Assembly (NCBI GenBank): GCA_000165345.1
Contig: CM000436.1
Location: 96,001 to 160,000 of the forward strand
Reading direction: 5' to 3'
Length of the DNA stretch: 64,000 bases
In this document: in pieces, positions 11,622 to 20,723 of the stretch
Layout of the letters: every line of letters starts with the position of its first letter
How positions within the stretch are numbered: the first letter of the stretch is position 1
Translations under genes and position numbers: made by a program
The notes under the pieces: generated by a model
What the model saw: the letters and a program-made list of their open reading frames with translations, nothing else
Databases searched by the model: none
What the model was told of the DNA's origin: nothing

Positions 11622-12500
11622 ATGGAGGGGAGTGAAGGTGGTGAGAATGGAACTGCCGAGTTTGATCCAAAAAGTTACGAAGAAAAATCCAGAGATCAAA
11701 AGACAAAGAATACTCAAAGCGAAGATGACCTTTTTGATTTGTTTATGAAGGAGGTTAATGAAGCAAACAGTAAAAGCACTAACCAAGGAAAAAACATTGG
11801 CAGAAATAATCATTCAAAAAGGGTCAAAATATCAAAGTTATTAATTGAAGGAAAAATAAAGGAAGCCATTAGTAGCTCATATGGCAATGATGAATTAACT
11901 ATAGGAACCTCAGAAGAAGAAATCCTACGTCTAACTTCACGTGTGTTTGCCAATGCATATGAAGTTATAGGGATACCAGTCGATTCTGATGATTCTGTGA
12001 TTGGTAAAAAGTATAGAAAGCTCTCATTATTGATCCACCCTGATAAGACAAGTCATGAAAAGGCTAGAGAAGCGTTTGAAATACTCAATAAGGCATATGA
12101 GGAGCTACAAAAGGCTGAAAATCGTGTCAAATACAAGGAAGTCTGGAAACGTGCTGAGGAATTAGTTAAGAAAGAAAACAAGAAAAATAAGCTCTTCAAA
12201 AAGGATCAACAAGATCAGGAAACCTATAAAAAGGAGTTTAATAAACAGGTTATAGAAATGTGCGAGAAGCTTTTAAATGATTTACAGGAGCGAAAGGAGT
12301 ACAGTGAAAAGTGTCTCTTAGCAAATCATAGATTTGAACAAGAATTATATAGACAAAAATTGCAGGAAGAAAAAGAAAGGTGTGTTCAAAGACAAAAATG
12401 GAATGAAAAATTTGAGGAAAGAGCTCAAGGTTGGAGATCATATAAACAAAATAACTCTAAATTATTCAACAATAAATCTAGCTTCGATAATGATGATTAG
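11622..12500 (+). CDS. DnaJ (J-domain) protein, about 292 aa
   Basis: J-domain with the HPD tripeptide (KYRKLSLLIHPDKTSHEKAREAFEILNKAYEEL). The ORF track begins at a GTG at 11616; the first ATG is at 11622. The C-terminal half is KE-rich. Confidence 0.7.
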   Translation: MEGSEGGENGTAEFDPKSYEEKSRDQKTKNTQSEDDLFDLFMKEVNEANSKSTNQGKNIGRNNHSKRVKISKLLIEGKIKEAISSSYGNDELTIGTSEEEILRLTSRVFANAYEVIGIPVDSDDSVIGKKYRKLSLLIHPDKTSHEKAREAFEILNKAYEELQKAENRVKYKEVWKRAEELVKKENKKNKLFKKDQQDQETYKKEFNKQVIEMCEKLLNDLQERKEYSEKCLLANHRFEQELYRQKLQEEKERCVQRQKWNEKFEERAQGWRSYKQNNSKLFNNKSSFDNDD

Positions 12501-12548
12501 ATTATTGAAACATATCAATTGTAAGACAGTTTCAGCAAACTATGTGAA

Positions 12549-14891
12549 TTATAGCAACTGGATTGGTAAGGTAGAATCTTCAATATTCTGTATTAAGTTG
12601 CAGATCTTTTCTCTAATTTCTTTATTATCATTAGGTTCTGTTAAAATTATTCTTTCTTTATAAAGTATATTAACTATAACATTTCTTTTGTTATCTCTGG
12701 TATCTTTTACCGAAAAATAAAAGTTTGGAAAGTTGTCTTTTTTACTATATTCATCAATTTCAAGATTCTTATCCTTAATTTGAGCTTCTATTTGAGGATG
12801 AATACCATCTATACATAATCCATAGTTATTTTCTATAGATGATCTTAAAGTATTATATATTTCAATGTCTGCTAGGCTATTTTCATCCTGTTTATTTTCT
12901 GATAGAAAAGCAATATAATCCAGAATCATGAATGAAAGAGTATCTACTACCAAATCACATAATTGTGAAGAATTCCATTGAATTATTAACTCATGATCAC
13001 CAAGATCATGCCCATCCTGTCCAATTTCTTTTATTATATATATTACAATACTATTTTCATATAGATAAATCATTTCATTATTTAATATAACATCATCAAA
13101 AGATTTCTCAATTTCTTTCTCCAATTTGTTTAGATCCATTACAAAATTCTTTGGTAATGGTATTCTCATTGTTTGTTTAATACAAGACTTTTTCACATCA
13201 ATGATTTCTGATACATCTTGTGGTTTCATTAATAATGTTGGTTCAAAAGGGCGCATAATCAATAAAGTTTCCTCAATATCAATTTTAGAACTTTCTCTTC
13301 TTATTTTTTTAATACCATTATTACTATTCATATCAATTTGATTATCTTTCTCTCCTTTAACAAACAATTGCTTCTCATTTTCTTCTTTTTCTGTCAAATT
13401 CTTGATTNCATTNNNAATGCTTCCAATTGCATGTATTGCTTGTTGTGTAGGGAAAGTTAGTCCTACTTTTTGAAGAATTTCAGGAGCAAAAACAGCCAAA
13501 GATGGAGATAATTCTTTTAGCTTATCTTTAAGCTTCTTGCATTCTCCTCTTTCTCCATGAACAAGAATAACATTTGGGACTTTTAAACTGTTTATAAACT
13601 CTTGGGTCTGAGTAAAATCAGAGTGTGCTGAAAACGATATTTGGTCAAATTTAGCTCTCATTGGGATAACTTTTTCTCCAAGTTGAATCATTTCAGGCTC
13701 CTTACGAAGTTCATAAGCTGGTGTGCCTCTAACTGCATATCCTGTCAATATGATTCCATTTCTCTTATCTGGGGCCCAAATTTCAAAAATGTCACGGGAT
13801 GTACCATTTTGAAGCATACCTGGAGCTGCCATTACTACACAAGGACCTGGATTATAGATAATATCTTTAATTTCATTAAGTGAATTGACTGTTTTAATAT
13901 AATTGAATTGAAAAGGATTAATTCCTAAATCTGCTTGTCTTCTAACAGAATCTCCACACTGGTTGATATATGTCTCAAAGACTCTCATACATTTAATTGA
14001 CATAGGGGATGCATATATGATTGGAACATTTTGGATTGATGGAGTTCTCGACCAGTGTTCTTCTAGAATTAAAAGAAGTTCTTGAGCTCTGCCAATAGCA
14101 AATACTGGAAGCAAACATTTTCCTTTTCTTGTGATAATTGACTGAACTCCACCAAGAAACCTTTTTTCTCTATCAATTCGTGGTTCGTGTATTCTTGTCC
14201 CATATGTAGATTCACAAATCAAGACATGCACATCTATTGGAGGTATTTCTGCTCTTGGAACATGACGATCATCTTCTCTACTATAATCACCAGTATAAAG
14301 AATTCGAACTCCTCCAATTTCTACTAGAAACATACAAGCTCCCAATACATGTCCAGCTCCATAGCATGAAAATCTGATTCCATCCAGTTCAACTTGTTGT
14401 CTAAAATCGATAATTTCTGTCATATTAATAGCTTTCTCAATATCTTTTTCCGTATATAAGTTAATACTTGATAATGGTGCTTCCTCTGATTCGATGCTTC
14501 CGGCGGAGAATTTGTTAACTCTTGCATAGTCTTGCCAAACTAGTTTACAAATAGCCTTAGTAGGTTCAGTCATAAATACTTTACCATTAAAGTCTGTCAA
14601 ACTAACAAAGTAAGGAGTTGCCCCAGAATGATCCAAATGAAAATGAGTAATCAAACAAAGATCGATAGTACTCACATCTATTGCATCAAATACCGGAAGA
14701 GATCCAATGCCTGAAAATGCTGGATGTATTCCACAATCAAACATTACTGAACGACCTTTGAAGGATACGACAACGCATGAACGACCTACTTCACATCCTG
14801 CTCCAAGAACTTGAATATAGAGAGTCTCCCCTTCTATATCAATAGTCTGTTCAGTCACTCCTGAGTCCAAAACTACTTCATTGTAACTCAT
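12549..14891 (-). CDS. CPSF3: Cleavage and polyadenylation specificity factor 73-kDa endonuclease (CPSF73/CPSF3), 780 aa
   Basis: N-terminal metallo-beta-lactamase motifs (GAGCEVGRSCVVVSFKGRSVMFDCGIHP, ITHFHLDHSGATPYF), beta-CASP region and C-terminal domain. Ambiguous bases at 13408 and 13413-13415 give X residues. Confidence 0.85.
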   Translation of the reverse strand: MSYNEVVLDSGVTEQTIDIEGETLYIQVLGAGCEVGRSCVVVSFKGRSVMFDCGIHPAFSGIGSLPVFDAIDVSTIDLCLITHFHLDHSGATPYFVSLTDFNGKVFMTEPTKAICKLVWQDYARVNKFSAGSIESEEAPLSSINLYTEKDIEKAINMTEIIDFRQQVELDGIRFSCYGAGHVLGACMFLVEIGGVRILYTGDYSREDDRHVPRAEIPPIDVHVLICESTYGTRIHEPRIDREKRFLGGVQSIITRKGKCLLPVFAIGRAQELLLILEEHWSRTPSIQNVPIIYASPMSIKCMRVFETYINQCGDSVRRQADLGINPFQFNYIKTVNSLNEIKDIIYNPGPCVVMAAPGMLQNGTSRDIFEIWAPDKRNGIILTGYAVRGTPAYELRKEPEMIQLGEKVIPMRAKFDQISFSAHSDFTQTQEFINSLKVPNVILVHGERGECKKLKDKLKELSPSLAVFAPEILQKVGLTFPTQQAIHAIGSIXNXIKNLTEKEENEKQLFVKGEKDNQIDMNSNNGIKKIRRESSKIDIEETLLIMRPFEPTLLMKPQDVSEIIDVKKSCIKQTMRIPLPKNFVMDLNKLEKEIEKSFDDVILNNEMIYLYENSIVIYIIKEIGQDGHDLGDHELIIQWNSSQLCDLVVDTLSFMILDYIAFLSENKQDENSLADIEIYNTLRSSIENNYGLCIDGIHPQIEAQIKDKNLEIDEYSKKDNFPNFYFSVKDTRDNKRNVIVNILYKERIILTEPNDNKEIREKICNLIQNIEDSTLPIQLL
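13408..13415. other. Ambiguous bases (N) inside the CPSF73 CDS
   Basis: n at 13408 and 13413-13415. The frame is preserved, so these are base-call ambiguities rather than a gap. Confidence 0.9.
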
Positions 14892-15090
14892 TTCTAATAT
14901 TCTTTAAATTAGCGCCAATAATCAATTCCTTTACATTTGTGAATCCAAAACCTTTATAGACAATCCAATACTCTTTCAATAAAAATAGCTTTAACTAAGA
15001 AGAAAATTATGATTTAAGTCACTTTTTCTTGAAATTTTTTTTTTCAATAAAAAAAACCCTTTCTTTTGGCATCTTTTTTTATCATAAACC

Positions 15091-15105
15091 TTTGGGCGGG
15101 AAATG
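15091..15105. promoter_or_regulatory. E2F-like box TTTGGGCGGGAAATG, about 200 bp upstream of CPSF73
   Basis: Close match to the canonical E2F site TTTGGCGGGAAA, read directly. Confidence 0.45.
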
Positions 15106-15235
15106 TAGATCACGAGACGATACATTTTAGGGTATCGGTATTAATTACGACAAAGTTTAAAAATTGTAATAAAATTTGGATTTTTAGATGAAAAATATGG
15201 ACACTGCCGGCTTAATTAGAATCGAAAATCTCTTA

Positions 15236-16225
15236 TCAAATTGAAAATGATTTGTAGTTTCCAATAGAAAATTTTGAGACGTTGTTATTAAAATAGTCAA
15301 TAAATGAATTTACAGTTTTTATAAGCTCCAGTTTGATTGTTTTTACAATTATGTAGTCTGGTTGATTATTCTCTTCATCAGGATCAAGACTTAGGTTATA
15401 TTCACCGAATGAAATATGATCTCCAATAAGTTTCGGTAATATTATTAGTAGTCTAAGTAAGTGCTCAATGCCAAATATTTCAGAAAATTTGGTGCTTTTT
15501 GTAATATTCTTCTCGAAGTAGCTAACTTGATTCATTTCTGATGGGTAAATAAGTCTCTTTTTGAGAGATTTATTGAAAATCTTTGTCAACATATTTAAAA
15601 TCAATTTCTGAATCTCTATTTCAGGGGAAGTTTCTTTCTTTTTCTTTATTAGATTACTTTCATAGATGATATATTCTGAAAAGATATCCTCAATGTTTGG
15701 GCTTTTGGGTAATATCACCAATTTTCCGTGACTTATTTGGTTTTTGTCATGTATCAAGACACTGTATATCATCTCAGAAAATTCAAACCATTCAACTTCT
15801 ATTTTATTAAAGTTTAATATTGAAATTTTCATCTCTTGTTGGGAGTGAAGCTTTCCAAGCATATCCTCAACTATTGCTCGATCTTGGTCTTTTAAGGCAT
15901 TTCGAAGCATTTTCTGAGTTTCAGCACTTTTTTTTCTCGTATATCCATCTATTTCAAATATGAGAGCTTCTGACTTCCACTCATTATAATCTTTATTGAA
16001 ATAATAATTCTTACTCCCAGTCTTGTGCTTTGTTACATATCCCACATAGTAAATGGGGTGCCACCCATTTGGATGTATTTTTAATGAAGTATCTAAAATA
16101 ATTGCTTTCCATAGTTGACCTTTCCATAATGAATAAACCAAATCACCGATTTTATGCTTAAATTTTACTTCATCCTTAACATTATGGGAGTGCAGCTCCT
16201 GGACTAATTTCTCCACATTTTTCAT
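15236..16225 (-). CDS. MRG/Eaf3-family chromatin protein (N-terminal chromo-barrel or tudor-knot, C-terminal MRG domain), 329 aa
   Basis: N-terminus (GDLVYSLWKGQLWKAIILD...YYVGYVTKHKTGSKNYYFNKDYNEWKSEALI) resembles the MRG15/Eaf3 chromo barrel (…YFIHYSGWNKNWDEWVPESRV). The C-terminus (KLVILPKSPNIEDIFSEY…GIEHLLRLLIILPKLIG) resembles the MRG domain (QLFYLPAKKNVDSILEDY…GAPHLLRLFVRIGAML). Confidence 0.65.
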   Translation of the reverse strand: MKNVEKLVQELHSHNVKDEVKFKHKIGDLVYSLWKGQLWKAIILDTSLKIHPNGWHPIYYVGYVTKHKTGSKNYYFNKDYNEWKSEALIFEIDGYTRKKSAETQKMLRNALKDQDRAIVEDMLGKLHSQQEMKISILNFNKIEVEWFEFSEMIYSVLIHDKNQISHGKLVILPKSPNIEDIFSEYIIYESNLIKKKKETSPEIEIQKLILNMLTKIFNKSLKKRLIYPSEMNQVSYFEKNITKSTKFSEIFGIEHLLRLLIILPKLIGDHISFGEYNLSLDPDEENNQPDYIIVKTIKLELIKTVNSFIDYFNNNVSKFSIGNYKSFSI

Positions 16226-16801
16226 TGGTTTCTATTTTTATCTAATATTAATAAAGTTGAACCTTGATAAATAACTAAATTACCACAACTTGAGTTTATC
16301 ACTCACATAAATTAGCTTAATCAATAATGATTAAATCAAATGTTAATATTAGCCTTTCTTTATTTTATTTGCTAATTTATTATTTTGTTTCTTTTTTCCC
16401 TTTCAGTTACTACATATTATACATGCCTTTTGTCTTGTCTGTGTTTAATAATATACCAGAAATTCATATAACAGCCTTTTTCCCCAAATTTTACCGCGCA
16501 TTTGACATTTTTATTTTTTAGGCCCATTTAAAATAATTCACACGGGCCCCACGTCTTGTCTCCAAAATAATTAAATATATTATTTAATCTTATTGGTATT
16601 GGCATAATGTCAAATAATTAGCATTAGAATGTGTAATGACTAGACAATAATATTCGAAAATGTATTTGAATAATTGTGATTAGCAAAATAAATAGTCTGA
16701 ATTAATATAATGTAATGAGGAGAATTTGATCATTAACCAAATTTTTTTTGAATTATTATAAATAATCTGAGATAATAAGATAAAAATTTTGAATTTCCAT
16801 A

Positions 16802-16818
16802 TAAATTAATCGGTTGGT
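16802..16818. repeat. (GGTT)4 microsatellite in the MRG–HDAC intergenic region
   Basis: cggttggttggttggtaa read directly. Confidence 0.7.
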
Positions 16819-17069
16819 TGGTTGGTAATTAAAATCTGTTTGTTCTTTAATTCTGGCTAGGTCAGATTCAAATATAATATTAATTGTGGTTTTATGAATC
16901 TTGAAATTTCAAGATCAAGGATTAATCTGAATTTATGACCAATCTTTAATCTCATTTTTTTTTTTTTGTGAAAAAACTCTTGGACTTCTTTTTATTTCCT
17001 ATATATATATTATAAGCGTGTATATAAATATATGCATAAAATATATATATTTAAATAAATAAAGGAAAT

Positions 17070-19991
17070 ATGGACCCGGACAAAAGTCTAAATGATCACC
17101 AATTAAATATTAAACAAGATGAAGTTTCTCTTCAAAGCTTACCAATAGATAATGATTTAAATCTGGACCACTCACAGAATAACTCACAAAATATTGATAT
17201 TTTCACAGTTAATGCTGATACAATTAATGATAGTAAAGATCAAAATAGTACTAATGAGTTAAATATGGAGGTTATTTCTGACCAAAAATCAACAAATCAA
17301 AGTGAAGATTTTGGCTCTAGGTCAAATTTAGATCAATTGATTAAGTATCCATTATTGGATAGTTTCAATCCCAAACCTGGATTCTTCCAGAAGCTGATTC
17401 ATTCTCGTGACTCAAAAACTCTGAAGGAGTACATTTTCAGCCCAATGAGATGTATTATCAACGATAGGGACTCATCAGGGTGTACTGCTCTGCACATTGC
17501 ACTTTTGAATGCTTATCCGGAGATGCTGGAGATCCTCTTAAGCTGCCAGTCAGAAGATTTAAGACCAAATAATAGTACTGAAAATACTTATATTGCTGGT
17601 GATTCTTTATCAAATACTGCGTACCAAAATAATAATATTATTCCAATTGATTTGTCTATTCCATATGCTGGTATACCAATTTCTCATCTAGTACTTTGTA
17701 AGGCAATTTTTCCAGAGAGATATGAGGATTGTATGAATTGTTTATATCTTCTTTTGCCTTTTACATTAACTCATGGTACTTCTCAAAATGTATCATGGCT
17801 GGATATTAACGCTACAGATCAGCTTGGAATTACTGCATTACATTTAGCATGTAGCTTTGGTGATTCAAAAATTGTATCTTTATTACTAGAATATGGTGCA
17901 TTAGCAAATATTTCAGATTTGAATAATGATGAACCAATTCATCATGCCATATCAAGCAGAGATCCTGATACGCTTTCTGTAATGCTTTCAAGTGGAGGTG
18001 CTGACCCATTGAAAGAAACAACTTGCACAGCGAACTTAATAAAATGTTGTATAGATAAATCAGCGTGGAGATGCCTTCATACATTACTGACAGATTCAGA
18101 ATATCAGCAACATCCTATTTCTGAGAGTGAATATGATTTGCTTTCTTTTCATGCACAAAAACTGGGATTAGGATCTGAATTTGAAAGAGTATTTTCTATA
18201 GCTGTTGAAATTGCCACTAATGATGAATCCGAGCAAAGAAGGGTAGGAATAAATGAAAGTCTAATTGCAGATGGCCCTTCAATGGGACTAGCTTCAACTA
18301 GAATATTCACACATGGTTGTTGCATAGACCATATTTCTCTTCCAGAACCAATGGATATGCCAATTAGACGTTCAAAATTAGTGAATAAGATTCCAGAGAA
18401 TCCAACACGTATGGAAGTATTAGTCAAACCAAATGTTGGAATTTTAAAGAGTAATGAGTTTTCATTACTTCAATGGACTGAGTCGTGTAAGCCTGCAATA
18501 TTATCAGATATTCTTAGAGTTCATGATTGGGCATATGTTCGTTTATTACAACATAAGGTTGAAGAAAGCCGATTAATTTGGGATCAAAGACCATTTCTTA
18601 CCGGATCTATAGATGATGATACCCAGTTAACTCCAGGTTCTTGGAAAGCAGCTTTACATGCTAGTGGCTCAGTTATTAATGCCGTTGATTGTGTCTGCAG
18701 AGGCGAGAATCGAAATGCCTTTTGTGCTATAAGGCCTCCTGGACATCATCTTGGAACATGGGGAGCTGCGCAAACAGTTGGTACTGATGAAGGAATTCCA
18801 TCAGGATCACAAGGATTTTGCCTATTAAATAACGTTGCAATAGGTGCGGCTTATTGTAGGTATACATACTCCAATTTAGGTATTTCAAAGATTGCTATTA
18901 TAGATTTTGATGTGCATCATGGTAATGGTACTGAACAAATTGTCCGAAATGCATCTCCAGGAAATAGGAAGATCAAAACATTGTTTAATCCAGTTCCTGG
19001 TATCAACTTGGATTTGGAGCAGGATATATCTTATTATAAGATTTGGAGGGATGAACTTGATGCGGAAAATATATTTTTTTCAAGTGTTCATGCGTATGAT
19101 GGCACATTTTATCCAGGTACAGGGCCAGATCAATGTATTTCTAAGCCTAATATTATTAATATTGGACTCTCAGAAAAGACCACTTCAAAAATCTTCAGGA
19201 ACAAAATTAAGAGATTTTTGTTACCAAAGCTTCTTCAATTTAGGCCTAATATTATTTTCATTTCAGCAGGATTCGATGGCCATGTTATAGATATTGTGGG
19301 AAAAGGATTCACTTCATGCACTGAGGGAGATTATGCATGGCTTACCCAACAGCTGATAAGTATTGCAAATCTTTGTTGTAATGGTAGAATTGTATCAGTT
19401 TTAGAAGGAGGATATAATACAAAAGCTTTAAGCCTTTCACCTCTGGCAAAGTCTGTCGCAGCTCATGTGAGAACTTTACAGTGGACTTCTCCAAACTTAA
19501 TGCCAAATCCACAAGAGTGGGATGATGAGTTATTAACCGAAGATAATGAAGATCTTGAGAATGAAGATAATGATATAACTGATCACAGAGATTCTGGCGT
19601 TTTTGACGGCTATCCCAATAATGATCTAATCGCTTTTGGTAATTCAAATGTTATTAGCTATAATGCTGATAATCTGAACAATTCAAGCAATTCTAATCAT
19701 TATGTTGTTGATACTGGAGGAGAAGCATCTTATTCACCAAGCTTGAAAAGATATAAATCTCAAGAAAAGAGCGAAACAGATGAAAACCCGCCATCTAACA
19801 ATGATTCATCTTCAGCAGTATTTTCTAACTCTCAAATGGGGAGTTATGAAGTTCATAGCAATGCTAGTAATGTTATTAGGCCAAAGCGAGCAGCGGCGAT
19901 TAAAGCTGAAGAAAGTATCCAAAAGAAGATTCAATCTGAATTGGATTCTTCAAAACAAATTAATGGCAATAACTTGAGCGAAAATATTTGA
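17070..19991 (+). CDS. Histone deacetylase with N-terminal ankyrin repeats (class II-like HDAC), 973 aa
   Basis: Ankyrin repeats (GCTALHIALLNAYPEMLEILL; GITALHLACSFGDSKIVSLLLEYGALANISD). HDAC catalytic motifs CAIRPPGHH, FCLLNNVAIGAAY, IIDFDVHHGNGTEQI, SAGFDGH and LEGGYN. Confidence 0.85.
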   Translation: MDPDKSLNDHQLNIKQDEVSLQSLPIDNDLNLDHSQNNSQNIDIFTVNADTINDSKDQNSTNELNMEVISDQKSTNQSEDFGSRSNLDQLIKYPLLDSFNPKPGFFQKLIHSRDSKTLKEYIFSPMRCIINDRDSSGCTALHIALLNAYPEMLEILLSCQSEDLRPNNSTENTYIAGDSLSNTAYQNNNIIPIDLSIPYAGIPISHLVLCKAIFPERYEDCMNCLYLLLPFTLTHGTSQNVSWLDINATDQLGITALHLACSFGDSKIVSLLLEYGALANISDLNNDEPIHHAISSRDPDTLSVMLSSGGADPLKETTCTANLIKCCIDKSAWRCLHTLLTDSEYQQHPISESEYDLLSFHAQKLGLGSEFERVFSIAVEIATNDESEQRRVGINESLIADGPSMGLASTRIFTHGCCIDHISLPEPMDMPIRRSKLVNKIPENPTRMEVLVKPNVGILKSNEFSLLQWTESCKPAILSDILRVHDWAYVRLLQHKVEESRLIWDQRPFLTGSIDDDTQLTPGSWKAALHASGSVINAVDCVCRGENRNAFCAIRPPGHHLGTWGAAQTVGTDEGIPSGSQGFCLLNNVAIGAAYCRYTYSNLGISKIAIIDFDVHHGNGTEQIVRNASPGNRKIKTLFNPVPGINLDLEQDISYYKIWRDELDAENIFFSSVHAYDGTFYPGTGPDQCISKPNIINIGLSEKTTSKIFRNKIKRFLLPKLLQFRPNIIFISAGFDGHVIDIVGKGFTSCTEGDYAWLTQQLISIANLCCNGRIVSVLEGGYNTKALSLSPLAKSVAAHVRTLQWTSPNLMPNPQEWDDELLTEDNEDLENEDNDITDHRDSGVFDGYPNNDLIAFGNSNVISYNADNLNNSSNSNHYVVDTGGEASYSPSLKRYKSQEKSETDENPPSNNDSSSAVFSNSQMGSYEVHSNASNVIRPKRAAAIKAEESIQKKIQSELDSSKQINGNNLSENI

Positions 19992-20723
19992 GCCTTTTTG
20001 TTCATTTTTTCTTTTTAGATAACAATCTCGTTATTGTATATTCATAGCTTTAATTATTATATTTTTTTTTTAAATAGTTTTCTAAAGAAATAATTTTTAA
20101 AAACTTTCTCCTATAAAAATTAGTAAATTACCTATTACGTCATTTTTTACATATAGCTTTTGTACACGTATAATCATCTATATACCGGTATTGCATGCAT
20201 CCACATGAATTTACAAACATCAATAAAAAAAACTTTTGCATGCCTCCCCACATAAGCAATTGCGCGGTACTAGTTAGAGCAAAAAAAAAAAGTGAGTTAA
20301 TTCATTTTAATATTGTAAAAGAGAGGAAATAAAGAGTTTCTAAAAGAGGGTGGAAGGTAGGAATTAATAGCAAATAATTAAGTGACTAAAAAGTAAGGAG
20401 GAGGATAGATGTAAGATTTGGTCTCAGTTGGTGAATTCTTCAAGTTTATTTTGTGTAATTAGAGTTTATTTGCTGAAATACTGTGGATGAGAATCGCGGA
20501 ATAATATTTCTGGTTACTTTTTATATGAAAAGTTTTAATAAATAATTAGGTTTAAGAAAAGAGTGATTTGAATTCTACTGGCTGCTATAAAAAAAGAAAC
20601 CGTAATAAAATTTATAATACTTATACATTGTAACGTTTTTCAAGTAATAGAGCAATAATTACTGATTTTGTGAAATAGAAGAAATTCTGAGTTTTCAAGA
20701 ATCAATGCTAATTTAAGTTTGAT

